Assembly (NCBI GenBank): GCA_965202585.1
Contig: OZ241829.1
Coordinates: forward strand, 72,912,001-72,976,000
Direction of reading: 5' to 3'
DNA length: 64,000 nt
Source of the DNA: Thalia democratica
Taxonomy: Eukaryota
Below the pieces are notes generated by a model that was not told the DNA's origin, searched no databases, and saw only the letters and a program-made list of their open reading frames with translations. Each line of letters begins with the position of its first letter. Within the stretch, counting starts at the first letter, position 1. Positions 12,200-25,396 of the stretch are shown here, piece by piece. The translations under genes and the position numbers were made by a program.

Positions 12200-12594
12200 T
12201 TCTGCTCGAAGCAGTTTTGTTGCGTCACAAAAAACTTTTTGTGTAAAAATAAAGTATTTTTTTAATATTTTTATTTTTAACAAACTTGTATAGTTAAATT
12301 ATATAATGTTACTATATTTTATTGCCAATTAATTATTGTTTCTAAAATACATGTCCCATAGAATTTTACCTAAACTCTTAGCACTTGAGCAAGAAATCCC
12401 TTAAATAGCGTTGCGAAAACTTAGGTAAAATTCTATGGGTCATAATTTTTTAAAAACATTAGTTAATTGGGAAAAAGTATCAAACAATATAAAACTTAAC
12501 TATACAAGTCTGTAAAAAATAATAATTATTAAATAAATATTTTATTTTTGCATTTAAAGTTTTTTGTGACGCAACAAAACTGCTTCGACCAGAA
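12200..12594. repeat. ~395-bp foldback element
   Basis: 37-bp outer arms with 1 mismatch (12200-12236 / 12558-12594). Perfect 19-bp inner arms CCCATAGAATTTTACCTAA / TTAGGTAAAATTCTATGGG. Imperfect middle arms. Confidence 0.85.
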
Positions 12595-12609
12595 GTTTTG
12601 TGACGTCAC
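12566..12609. other. CRE-armed hairpin, copy 1
   Basis: GTGACGCAACAAAACT...AGTTTTGTGACGTCAC. Confidence 0.6.
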
Positions 12610-13228
12610 TATGTACGTTTGGTTTTAAAGCTAAGATGCTGTAAACTACTTAACGCTTTAACTAAGTCGCCATTCATTTTACGGTCAAAGATTTTTGCTT
12701 TTTAGTTCAGGTCTTGTTGATTTATTACGCTTCCTATTGGCGTTATTAAATGCAAAATGTTAGAAGAATATTAAGTTGTAAATTAAAACTAGTAAATAAT
12801 AAATAAAACTTTTGACAGTTCAAAACTCAGTATTTACTAATTTTTTTGCTCTTTAAACCATTGAGCTGTTGTAACAAAAAGTATATTCTTAAAAAAAAAT
12901 CTCTAAATACAAATCAAATTTCTTAATACTTAATAACAAGATATCAAGGGAATAAGATTCTTATTTTAAACACTGTTGCCTAAGTTTCTATTTAAATAAA
13001 AGTATTGTTTAAACCGATTTAATGGATCAATTAAAGTATAATAAGTGTTTAAAGGCAATTTTATTCATATACATATGGTTCAACAACTGTAGGAAATTAA
13101 CTATTGAGAGTTTAATTAATATCAGGATATTTTTTCTACGGTACAGTTGTTTAAATCTAAAGACATTATTAACAAGACTTATATAAAGAGATATTAGATT
13201 ATTAGATTATTAAAAATATGTTTTACAG

Positions 13229-13293
13229 CTTAGTCATCCGCAAACGAATTGTCTTGTCAGCTTGGATTTAACAAAAAAGCTTTGAACATTCTG
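13229..13293 (+). other. Exon-like cassette (65 nt, first-cassette class)
   Basis: TTTTACAG|...AACATTCTG|GTTAGT. Confidence 0.5.
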
Positions 13294-15024
13294 GTTAGTT
13301 ATAAATTAATATTTTACTACTAAACAATTTTGTAAAAAAAAGGGTACATTTACCATAACTTAATTTAAATAAATAGTTTAATAACAACTATTTATTGTTA
13401 ATATTTTTTGTAACTTATTCAACATTGTCACATATAATACATATGTTGAAAAGTCTTACCATTTAGAATTTAAAACTTTGACTATTTAAGGTAACTTGTA
13501 CAGTTATTACATCAAAGTCGGTAAAAGTATTTATGACTATACTTACTGTTAAAGTGGAATTACTTTTTCAAAGGAAATAAAGTTTTTTCGTCTTTTTATT
13601 TTAACTTACGTTTTTATATTACAAGTAGGGGTCAAAGCTAAAAAAATAATAAACAAAAACTGTACAAAAAGCTTCAATTTTATAGGTTAAGCTCTACTAT
13701 CTAAAAGTAAAACTAAAATAATATTTTATTATTTACTATAAAAAAAACTTTTTAAGAAAAAAAAGTTATATAAGATCTGATCTATAACAGTTTAAGCTTG
13801 AGCAAAAGTCGCGCTTAGAGCAAAAGTCACCCCGTAAAATTGTGATGCTGTTCCACTTTGAACAGTTGCAAAATTAATAACCTTTATAAGTTATTAATTA
13901 GCAACTGACAAAATATAAAACAGCTTTAATCGAAGGGTTAAAATTTTCAATGGCTATAGAATGGTAGTCTCTTTAAAACATTAAGTTAATTCACGTAAAA
14001 ACTCTCGCAAGGCAAGGCTGAAACGTAAATATTAAAATCTACAAAATATTAAATATCTTTAAGCCAAAGTCTACAGTCAAGTGTTTTAATCAACGCTACA
14101 ACTAAAAAATAAAACAACAGTCCAACCACGTGTTAGCAGTCACATATTTTTACCCACAACTAATTGTTGTCAATACGTCATAAACCTGTATTAAAAATTG
14201 TACGAATACGAACAACTACTTTTGTTAAAGTGATAAAACTCATACTTCCAACTGTAGCCTGGTCAATTGATATTTTACAAAACGTTTGTTAGCCAATCAC
14301 TAATTATCTTATTATCATATGAGTGCACTTTGGTTAGTTAATTTTCATGAGAGCTCAAAACATTTACAGAATTTTTAGTTTACCTCAAATGGTAGGGCGT
14401 TTCTTGTTGATAAGGCAAACATACAATTGAATATTATTTTTAAACGACAAAAAAAAACTACAGACTGCTGAAATATACAGTCAAACTACCTCTGATTGAT
14501 TGTTTTAGAAGACATTTTGCTTTTACAAAGAAAAAAGAATAAAATAAAAGTTTACAAAAAGTCTGTTTTTTATACTTTAGACTGCTTCAAATAGAGCCCT
14601 GATTTAGTTGTGAAATATAAAAATAAAACATAAAATATAATAGCCTTAGTGAAAAGTCAAGAAACTGTACTTTAAATTAATACGTTTTTATCATATTTAT
14701 TTTTATTTCAAAATTTTAATTAGTAAACTAAATTTCGGTCAACGACATTAATAATGTTTCACCTTTTACTAGGGTCATACATTATCAAAAAAAAAAAGAT
14801 TTGTTTGTTAATTATAACTTTAAATTTACAATGAAATAAAGCGCTCAAAATGTTTAGTCTAACAACCTGTTAAAAGAGAGAACCTTTTGGTTATTAAGTT
14901 GTACATTTAAAGTACATAAAATCTCTAAGACTAGTAACACATTGATTGCAATTTTAAATAAAGTGTTATGTTCGGTCTGATCCTATTAAATTAATTTAAA
15001 TCTTTATTGCTGAGGTAAATCTCG

Positions 15025-15074
15025 TTTGTGACTTAACATAACTTCTTAAAGCTGAAGTTTTGTTACGTCACAAA
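15025..15074. other. CRE-armed hairpin, copy 2
   Basis: TTTGTGACTTAACA-TAACTTC-TTAAAGCT-GAAGTTT-TGTTACGTCACAAA. Confidence 0.65.
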
Positions 15075-15585
15075 ATGATGATCTGCTTTCAATGCTAAAA
15101 ATCGCAATCTACCTTATGCTTGAACACAGACGCCGTGTTTTTTATGTATTCACTTGTATTATATATTATCTTATTTTTTATGTTTGTACTAATTTATTTT
15201 GCACTCTTATTAACACTAATTTATAACAGCAGAAACATTTGAAATATAAAGTTGGTAAGATAAAGTATAATTAATTTTATTTTATAAGAACACTTTTGAA
15301 GTTTTAATAATAGATAAAAATATTGTGTTATATACACGACTGTCTTAGTTGTTACTTAGAAATATACAGTTTATATCAAATTGAAATGTTACTTTTAAAA
15401 GAGACCTTGTAAATAAATAAAATAAGTTTTTTTGTTTTAAACTTCAAGCAAATTAAAAAAAAAAACATAACGATTTTTATTTAATTTTTATTAAAAACAC
15501 TTTTAAATCATTGATATGTTTCCAGAAATAGTAGCAAAAAACAAACTTATTAAAAATAATATTATTCTGTTATACTTATTTTCAG

Positions 15586-15670
15586 CGGTCTAGTCCTACT
15601 GTACACTGAATTCATCTTGAAGGGATATCCGATGAACTTCTAAATTATCCACACCGGTATAAACATTTTG
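15586..15670 (+). other. Exon-like cassette (85 nt)
   Basis: TATTTTCAG|...AACATTTTG|GTTAGT. Confidence 0.5.
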
Positions 15671-17991
15671 GTTAGTGATAAATTAATTTTACAGTATTTT
15701 TAAATATAGTACTATTGTTATTTTTAAATATAATCGAATAGCCACAATGTACCGGCGTTGACTTTTGTCTTATTGTTATAACTATATTCGGTATTTTACA
15801 AAGTTTCACAATACTAAGGTTATACACTATACAAAATATTCTTATACGTTTAATTGATAATTGTTTTGTTTTTTAACAATGAAAGAAAAGTGCTCAGAAG
15901 TTAAGTCAAATGACTTGGCTAACAAATAAGAACCTTTCGGTTATCGAGTTGTACATTTAGAGTATATAAAACTGTCTAAATAACACATTGTGTGCAATTT
16001 ATGAGTTTATGTGTTTTCTTCGGTCCGAACCTCTTAAATATACATTGTAATAATTGTAGTTTCATAAATGATCGTTAAATTTATATGGGTATTTGAAAAA
16101 GTAAGATCTTTAATAAAAAAGTAGCTTGATTGTTTTAAGTTTAACCAATTTAAAAAAACAGCAGAACTATTTTTATTCCTAACAGAAACACTTTTTACTA
16201 ACAATGAACAGACTTATTAGAAACTGCTTATTTTAAATAAGATATCCGACAATGAAGTCAATTTAAAGGGGTTGAGTATTTTTATAACCAAGAAAGGTAT
16301 CAAAAGAGATTTGAATTTTCGTTAATTAAAAATACAGTTTTTTATATATAAGTCCATTGGTTTGTATGACAACTGTAAATAGTTGTCTGCTGCAATTTAT
16401 TGGCGCTTCTGATAAAAAATTTACTTCTTTTTAATTTAAGTTTATGTTTGTAAAACACGGTTTTAAACTTATTTATTATATGTTTGAGTAAACTGGGTTA
16501 AGGATACAGGTTTATGTTTCATAAAAGTATTGATGTACTAAATATTGGCCTTATTTGCAAAATTTGTTAATAATTAAAGTTCCAAAGTGTTAGTACTGCA
16601 GCCCACCAGTGAAAAAGCTACAATTTTCTCTAAATGTTTTACTTTATCAAGATAATCCAAATTTTATTGAGGTTACTTAGTCATGTTTTATACAAAATAA
16701 TTTCTGCTTACAACTTTAATGTTAAATATATTACATTGATTTAGACTATATAATCAGTTTTTTTTATATATCTCTAAAATATAAACATGTAAAATGAATG
16801 TTAACTAATGTTAAATAGTAATTAAAACTTTGTACAGCTTCAGGTTTTATGTTTAATAAATTTATAGCTCCAAAAAGCCTTGAAAAGTAACAACCTATTA
16901 CAAAAAGTAAACAGTTAAAAAAAAACATTTATAACTTCTAACATTTACTTGTAACATTTACATTTACTTTTACTATAGAAATATAAACAGAAATTGTTTA
17001 AGCATCATCACCTAAACGTTTAATTAAAAAATTAGCTTTGTTAAAAACAACTAAATTAACTAAAATAAAATAAGTTCGTTAAATATAAATTTTTGTCCTG
17101 TACTATTGGTTTAACGAATGTAGAAAACTTCCTACTAATATTTAATTATTGTCTTAAAAACTTTTCAACGATACATTTGTTTTAAACTAAAAATAGTCTT
17201 AGACAGATGATGTAAAACTAATTGAAAAATACTTTTTAAAGATTCCTTTTTTGCAATAGAAGATCGTATTGGTTTTAAAAGCCATGAACATTATGGTTAG
17301 TAATAAATTTCTTTCTCATTACTAACTTTAATTATTGGGAGTTAAAATTAAAAAACTCCTCTCGGTGTATAGCTGTTTTTTAATAAAAAAAGATTGAATT
17401 AAAATTCATGATCATAAAATACCTATAATGCTGTTCATGATGTTTCTTATTTCATTACCAAAATTACATGTAACAAATATATTGCAAAGTCCTATTATAT
17501 GCGATTCAAACTTTAGCGTTTTTGAAATAGTTTGTATAAATATTATACAATATTGGTTGAAAAAAGTATATGTCGCTGTACATGTCGTTAGATTAAAACG
17601 TCTTTCACAAAACTAACAAAGGTTTTAAGTCTTACATTTATTAGAATAAACTAGGCACAATGCGGTAGGGTAGAACGTTGGAGCTATTGCTAAAAAAAAA
17701 AAAAGAATAAAAAGAAGTTTACAAAAAGTTTGTGTTTTATACTTTAAACTTTTAAACCTCTATTACTGGCTGCTTCAAATAGAGCCCTCCTTTAGTTCTG
17801 AAATATAAAAAAAATAACTAAAATGAATTAGCCTTAGCGTTCAATTAAGGAATTGAAATACAAACTGATATGTACTTATTATAATTTTAGTTAGTAAACT
17901 AAGTTTTGGTCAACGACTTTGAAAAATTACACATTTTACTGAGATCATACATTATCGAAAAAAAAATAATAGTTAATTGCTGATTATAGTA

Positions 17992-18754
17992 CAGTAGACT
18001 ACCGCTTAAGAACGCACTTTTTTTGGTACGCACCTCGCCTTAAGTACGCACTTACCTAGAAAGACAAAAAAGTTCTAAATTTTCTTAGACTTAGATTTTT
18101 CTAAAGACTTGTTCCATAGAGTCATTTTCTTACGCTTTCCATCCATTTTTCTAAAATTTCGAAAACTTTTTATTCATAAACTTTCAGAATATCTGCAAAA
18201 CAAAGGCTTATTTTAATGTGACATATTACATAACTAGTTAACCACAAAAACTAGTTACAATTTTATAAAGTCAAAATAAACATATAAAAAGAAGCAACAA
18301 CAACAAAAAACTAAAGTTTAAAAAAAATAATGAGCATCTTATCATTGTGCACTTATACTATAAATGTTTCTATTGATATAAACTTTCTTACAAAAACAGT
18401 CCTAAAACGTTTTTCTTAAAAAAAAAATCAAACACTTTTAAGCTAATGGAAAATTATAATAAATGTATTAACTAAGCTAAACCTAGCTTGACAAGCAATA
18501 TGTAGAAACTTTTTATAGAACAAAAATCATTTAAAATCTATTAGAAAATTTTGCAGATTAGAATTATGTATCAAAAGTTATTTAAAATAAAAATACTTGT
18601 TTATTAGGCTTAATCATTTGGTGGCTAGTTGTAAGAAAGAAAACAAAAAACTAAATTTCATATTATACTATGTCGTCAAAAAGTACGCACTACCCGTGCT
18701 AAGTACGCACTTTTTGGTCGGGTTCAATTTGCGTACTTAAGTGGTAGTCTACTG
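17992..18754. mobile_element. Tc1/mariner-superfamily MITE
   Basis: TIRs CAGTAGACTACCGCTTAAG / CTTAAGTGGTAGTCTACTG, TA on both sides, subterminal TACGCAC repeats; absent from the paralogous segment near 14810. Confidence 0.85.
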
Positions 18755-19012
18755 TACTATTTTTACATTAAAATTAAATACTCAAAACTTTTAGTCTAAT
18801 AACCTGTCTAAAAAAAAAGAACCTTTCAGTTATCGAGTTGTACATTTAGAGTATACAATACTATCTATGACTAATAACACATTGTTTGCAACTTTTAATT
18901 AAGTGTTTCCTTCTATCTGAACCTCTTAATTTTTAAACTGCCTTGTGCGGTGTACAAGTCTTTATCAACTGTGTTGCTTCAGCGCTTCAGCTATTGGAGG
19001 TAAAAGTCGTAT

Positions 19013-19056
19013 GTGACGTAACATAACTTCTTCAAGCTGAAATTTTGTGACGTCAC
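19013..19056. other. CRE-armed hairpin, copy 3
   Basis: GTGACGTAACATAACTTC-TTCAAGCT-GAAATTTTGTGACGTCAC. Confidence 0.6.
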
Positions 19057-19535
19057 TAAACAATGATTTGCTTCAAAAGCTGAAAATCACAATCTAAATT
19101 ACATTTGAACACAGATGCCGTCTTTTTTATGTATACACTTGTATTATGTATTATCTAATTATTTATGATTATACTAATCTATCTTGCACTCTTAATAAAC
19201 CTAGGAAATATAAACTTAATACGACAAAGTTTATAATAAATTATTTTTAATAAGAACATTTTTGATGTTTTAATAATTGACAAAAATATTGTGTTATATA
19301 TACGACTATCTTAGTTGTTGCTTAGAAATATTTAATTGAAATCAATTTGAAATGTTACTTGTAAAAGAGACGATGTAAATAACTAAAATTAGTTTTTCGT
19401 ACCAACTTAAAAAAACCTAAACATTTTTAATTTAGTTCTTATTGAATACATTTTAAGTAATTAATACGTTTCAAGAAATAGTAACAACAAACAAAGTTAT
19501 TATAAATAATATTTTTCTATTGTACTTATTTTCAG

Positions 19536-19626
19536 CGGTCTAGTCCGACTTTACACTGAACATAACTTGAAGGAAATGAGTATCTCAATGGACTCTAAAA
19601 TTATCCACAGAGTTGTGAACATTCCG
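19536..19626 (+). other. Exon-like cassette (91 nt)
   Basis: TATTTTCAG|...AACATTCCG|GTTAGT. Confidence 0.5.
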
Positions 19627-20023
19627 GTTAGTAATACATTAGTTTTACAGTATTTTTCAATACAAAAGTATTGCTATTTTGAAATATTATTTAATAGCGA
19701 CAATGTATCAGCGCTTACTTTTGTCTTATTGTTATAACAATATTCGGTATTTTACTAAGTTTCACATAACTGCGGTCATACACTATACAAAAATATTCTT
19801 ACACTACGGTTTAATTGATAATTGTTTAATTTTTTTACAATGAAAGAAAAGTTCTCAGAAGACGATTTGGCTAACAGAAAAGAACCTTTCGGTTAATGAG
19901 TTGACATTTAGAGTACATAAAACTTTCTAAATAACACATTGTTTGCAATTTATGATTAAATCTTTCTTCAGTCCGAACTTCTTAAACTGCTTTAAACTTT
20001 GATTGCTGAGGTAAAACTCGTTT

Positions 20024-20067
20024 GTGACGTCACAGAACTTCTTTAAGCTGAAGTTTTGTGACGTCAC
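20024..20067. other. CRE-armed hairpin, copy 4
   Basis: 18-bp stem with one G-U pair; 8-nt loop TTTAAGCT. Confidence 0.7.
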
Positions 20068-21541
20068 TAAATGATGTTTTGTTTTCATAGTTGAAACAGC
20101 AGTTTGAAATTGAAAATTGCAAATTTATAAAAGTTTGAACACATTTGCCTTGTAAAGTTCAAGTTCATGCTTTTTAATATCTTTTGCGTTTGTATTGGTA
20201 TCAATTAAATAAATAAAATAATTTAGAAATAATAATAATATTAGTGTAGAATTAAATAGTAAATAAAAATAGTTACTTGTAAAATGACAGTTTTAATGAT
20301 AAATAAAGATTCATTCTTTTATTTTTAAAGATCTTTAATGCCTTGTTCTGAAAAATATCATGAAAACTAGTATTTGTCATCAAAATAAAAATAATAATTT
20401 AGTTGAAATACTACGAGCTTAAATAATTGTTTAATTATTCTTAAAAAAAATGAAAATGTTCTGAATCATACACATTGTTACTTAATGAATTATCGTTTAA
20501 ATTTACATCGGTAATTAAAAAAGTAACATTTTTAATAAAGAAGTAGCTTGATTAGTTTAAGTTTGACAAATTTTGATATATATAATTGATATTTTAAATT
20601 TAGAAAAACAGCTGAAACATTTTTTGTTCGTAACATAAACACTTTTTAATGCTACCTATGTCTTACAAAAAATTAACAATGAAAATACTTAATAGAAAGT
20701 ACATACTTAAAATATTTTTCAATTTTATACAATACGGAACTGAAATCAATTTAAAGGGGTTGAGTATTTTATTTACCAATAAATGTATCAACAGAGATGT
20801 AAACTATTATTAATAATTTGTACAGTATTTTTATATATATAAATCCATTGATTTCTACGACAACTGTAAATAGTTATCCGCTGTAATTTTTAAATGCTTC
20901 TGTTTAATTCAAGTATGTGTTTATATAGAAACTTTTTTAATTTATTTGTTATATATTTGAGTAAACTGGGTTGAGGATAGAGGTTTATGTTTCTTAAAAG
21001 TATTGATTTACTAAATATTTTCAAAATTTGTAAAATCTTAGTACTGCAGGGAAAAAGCTACAATTTTCTCTAAATGTTTTACTTTATCAAGATATTCCTA
21101 GTTTTATTGAGGTTACTTAGTCATATGTTATATAAAATAATTCCTACTTACAGTTTAACCGTTAAATATATAACTTTTATTAAGACTAATACAATCAGTT
21201 TTTATTTTCATTAACCCTTAAACTATAAGACACACTCAGGTGTTTTTAAATAACTTATGTAAATTTTCAATAAAACTTAATAAAAAATAGTCTTTTTTGC
21301 ACTATTTGTTTGAAAAATCTCTTTAATGAAACATTTTTTTATTTATCTTCAAATCTATACGATTAAGTTGAGTTTTTAATAAAGCACAGTAATATTTTTT
21401 TACGGCATTTTATAAAAACCATGCATTTCATATTTTTTTATTGTGTAATTTTATCAAAATACGGATTAATATTTATTACTTCAGTAACAAGTTTAAGCAC
21501 TTAAATCATCGAACTATAAAATCTTCTCTCAAATTTTTTTA

Positions 21542-21710
21542 CGTGTCATCATGAATCGCTCTCGTGTTGAATGACATCACAAGCGAATACCCACGAACGC
21601 TCGTGATTACAACATAAGTCATACTGAAAGTACGCGCGATTGAATGTACTTTCCAAGTGATTTTTAGAGCTGCGTTTCTAATTTGCAAGTCGTATCTTAC
21701 GACTATAAAA
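21542..21710 (+). promoter_or_regulatory. Promoter-like block, unit 1
   Basis: ATTTGCAA at 21681, GTCGTATCTTACGAC, TATAAAA at 21704; YY1-like CGCCATCTT downstream at 21872. Confidence 0.5.
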
Positions 21711-21738
21711 TGTAACGTTTCAAAACTTTGCTGAAAAC

Positions 21739-21808
21739 GCAAAAGCGGATTGTGACGTCACAAAACTTCTTCAAGCTGAAGTTTCGTGACGTCACAATCC
21801 GCTTTTGC
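21739..21808. other. 70-nt hairpin, unit 1
   Basis: Perfect 23-bp arms GCAAAAGCGGATTGTGACGTCAC / GTGACGTCACAATCCGCTTTTGC plus a near-perfect inner stem; loop TTCAAGCT. Confidence 0.8.
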
Positions 21809-22352
21809 TTCCAAAGCTGAAACAGAAGTTTAAAGCTGAAAGTTAAAATTTTTTTTACGCTCGATCACAGTCGCCATCTTTTTTTGCTCGAAGCATTTGC
21901 GCTTTAACTCATGTGTTGTAAAAATTTTTCGCAGTTTAAATTCCATTAGTTTTGTGTAGCATAAATTTTAAAACTAAAATGTTGACAAAAAATGTAAACT
22001 TAAACATAAGTTTGACACAACTTCAAATCAAATGATTATTTAATTTTAAAGCCTTGAGTTTGAAAAAATTAATAACAAGTTCTTGCTCTTTACAAAGAAT
22101 TTTTTTTACAAATTAAAGAAAAAAAGTCTGAACTGTTTTTAATAATAGAAAAAATATGTTGTGGTTTATGGATGTTAACCTAAGTAGTAAATTAAATTAG
22201 TATGAAATTTTCAAATTATACTTAAAACTTGTAACTTATGGTTCAAACGTTTAAGTGATTTTTTAAAACGTTGTTTAATGTTTTATTTATTAAAAAGTTA
22301 ATTTAAATTGACAGTTAACAAGTTTTTGTTTAACTACAATACTTATTTTCAG

Positions 22353-22414
22353 CCGAAGTAACTTGGATTGAACAGGTGGCGTTTGGAAAAAACAAAAGGA
22401 GTATTCACATTCTG
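22353..22414 (+). other. Exon-like cassette, 62-nt class
   Basis: TATTTTCAG|CCGAAG...CACATTCTG|GTTAGT. Confidence 0.55.
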
Positions 22415-23522
22415 GTTAGTTATAAATTGTTGTTTTACATATAATAGCTGATATCTACTTAGATTTAATAAAAGTGCTATCAAAATATTGTATTTTTCAA
22501 CAAATAGCTTTAAATTTTTTAAGCTCTAACAAGCATATTAAGATAATATTTATGTTGTTTTAACAAAATATCATATAATTTTGAACTTTGAATTTTTAAT
22601 TAATTTTCAATATTTGATATCAATGTTCATAATGCAGTTAGTCACTTTAAAAAAAATTAAATTTTCTAGTTTCCATTTGTAGTGAAAATGACACCTAAGT
22701 TTTCATATCAAAAAAATATACTTAACTGCATTAAACTTAGTTATAAATTCAGTGATCCATGAAAAACTTTTTCCAAGTTTTATATGTTTGAAAATTTCAC
22801 ATTACGTCAAACTATATTATATACAACAACTTTCTTTCAAAATACTAATAAATTTTAACTAACTAACTTACAAAATGTAGTTTAGAATATGGTCTTTTAC
22901 TATAACTTCTAAAATTTGTCCTAGTGTTAACTTATCCATATTTTTGTGAGGTTGAAAGCCAGATCTTTTTGTTATCCAGCTTTTCACAGTTAAAATATTA
23001 CAGCAAATATTACGTGTTTAAACTTTATGACGTAACTAAACACGTAATTCGAAAAAACTTAAAAAGTTTATTTAGTTTTGTAAGTTTTATTAAGTTTTGT
23101 AGTCACTATAGTTCATTTTTTCTAAAGTTTTATTATTTTTATAACTCAAAACATGTTTAGAAGTATCAGACCCATTTAACTAACTTCAAAGAAAATTTTA
23201 ATTAATTAAGTATAAATGATATAGACAATATACCAAGTTTAATAACTTCTACCAGTTATTATTTAAGTGTTAATTTTAACAACCTTTTAACGAAAACTTC
23301 TTTTTTTTTTAGGAGTTCATTTAGGTGCAACAAAAGTATTGTTTATTGTTTGAAACTGTTAAACGATTGTGTAACATAACTCTTGTTGAATATACTAACA
23401 GTGTGTAGGCTAGGGGTGGGGAACGTTTTTAATCGGCAGCGCTGATCCAGAAATTTAAGTCTTTTGGTTGCCGGAGCATTTCAAGTTAGTGATTTACCAG
23501 ATACAGTATCCGTATCCACCAG

Positions 23523-23587
23523 GATAACGATTTTGACGCTCATTAATCACGTCATCAGTGTTAAAGCAGCGAGGTGTAAATGATCTG
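23523..23587 (+). other. Exon-like cassette, 65-nt class
   Basis: TCCACCAG|GATAAC...TGATCTG|GTTAGT. Confidence 0.5.
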
Positions 23588-24845
23588 GTTAGTATACACA
23601 ACGTGCAATTGTGCATTTTAATACAGTATAAAAAAAATAAATAATTATTAATATAAAAAGTGTATATAAAATACTTAAGCTTTTTATTATCTACCTAACT
23701 TGTTGTAAATCGAAAGTCTTTTAAAAAGCATCATTAAAAACAGTGTTACTTACTATACTATCTTCAATCAAGCTTTTTACGTTAATAAAAACCTCATAAT
23801 CAACCTGATAGTACCTCTTTTTCAATCGTTTAACAAACAAAGCATAACAAAATTTATGTACTATATATATTTAAATTTCTGTAAAGCTTAATGCTATAAT
23901 ATGCAAATAGTTTAATTGTGTACTATTTTGTAAGTAGTTCAAAACTAATTTTGCTAATTAAATAGAAAAATATAACAATGAATATTGTATTACAGTTTGT
24001 TTTATACTTTTATTAGTGGTAAACACTTTTTAAGTTTCCAATTTTATTGTACTTTTTAACTATATTAAAGTTTGGAATAACTCATTCTCATATTCACACA
24101 CACGGTAGAATTATAAGAGTAACATAATTATGACTCCCTTTAAAATAAATCGCCAATTAAAATAAATTTTATTATCCTTCACGAGTTTATCATTTCTTTC
24201 ACTTGTTAAATACTAATTAATTATTCAGCTTAGCAACATTTTAATTTTTTGAAACATTGTGAAATAACATTGAAGACTTAATTGAGTTTAAGATGCTTTT
24301 ATGAAGGCTTTTATCACTTTTCTATAAATACCCAAAAATTTTGAGAAACAACCTCTTGGCTAAAATTTCAAAACAATATACCACATAAACAAAAATGAAA
24401 TGTATGTTTTTGTAGGCAGGTATAGCTGAAATAAGTTATTAAAATACTAATAGTCATTTTTTTTTTAAGTCTTTCAGAATTTGTTAAACAATTATGACGT
24501 CATAAGTGGGAAAAAACAAATTTTTCACTCAAAAAAAACCCGGTTGGCCAGAACTAATTATTTAAAATTGAATTTGCACAACTTCATATTTTTAGCTTGG
24601 TTTGAAGCTCTTAATGTGTAATATATTTGCTTATTGGCTAATAACCTTTTATTTCCATGTCGCTAGTTCAAGTGAGCAAAAATTTATTTAAGTTGTAAAG
24701 TCAAGATGCGTAGGTAAAACAAAATCGTTTAAAATTAGTTTTACGTTTCTCTTGCTTAACATTATACATATAAAAATGATTTACATGGAATAAAAATTTT
24801 TATTTTGATATTGATAGTCTTGTACAACAAAACTATACATTAAGG

Positions 24846-25194
24846 CAGGGGTCGGCAAACTGCGGCCCAAGGGCCAAATGCAGCCCTTTAAGTCAAAATT
24901 TGCGGCCCGCTAGCTCCTTTTTAGCAAAAAACATACGTTACAAAAACAATAAAAGTTAAAGATTTTGTAATTAAAACTTACATTTAGCATCTTATTTTAA
25001 TAAATACTCTTTATTAGTACTCTATTATTGCTTAACTTAGCATACTTTTGATCTTAATTGATATTTTTTTACTAATTACTAGAACTTTTTTTTTAAATAC
25101 GGCCCTTAAAGATTTTTTTATTAAATAGTGCGTCCCGCGAGCAATTTTTCCTAGGAAAATTGGCCCGCGAGTTACATAAGGCTGCCGACCCCTG
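24846..25194. mobile_element. hAT-superfamily MITE
   Basis: TIRs CAGGGGTCGGCA / TGCCGACCCCTG; 8-bp TSD CATTAAGG on both sides; empty site at 33344-33351. Confidence 0.92.
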
Positions 25195-25318
25195 CATTAA
25201 GGTCAATAACTTTTTTGTCATTATGAAACTAACCTAACAGAATATGTTGAGTATTACCTATTACAAAATGCTTTTGTTTTACTGATTTAAAAAGGTTTTA
25301 TCTAAAGTATTTCAACAG

Positions 25319-25396
25319 CCAGAAGTGAAGCAGCAATGACTTACTCAACTGGGCAATGACGTCACCAGAAAAATGAATCATCAGTGAGATGCTCTG
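25319..25396 (+). other. Exon-like cassette, 78-nt class
   Basis: TTTCAACAG|CCAGAA...GCTCTG|GTTAGT; branch-like ACTGAT upstream. Confidence 0.55.

Larger units (their letters stand above)
14520..21250 (+). repeat. Diverged direct duplication: ~14520-17000 vs ~17690-21250, with internal sub-repeats
   Basis: Shared blocks such as CTGCTTCAAATAGAGCCCT, AAGAACCTTTCGGTTATCGAGTTGTACATTTAGAGTA, TACTTATTTTCAGCGGTCTAGTCC and AAAGGGGTTGAGTATTTT. Confidence 0.85.
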
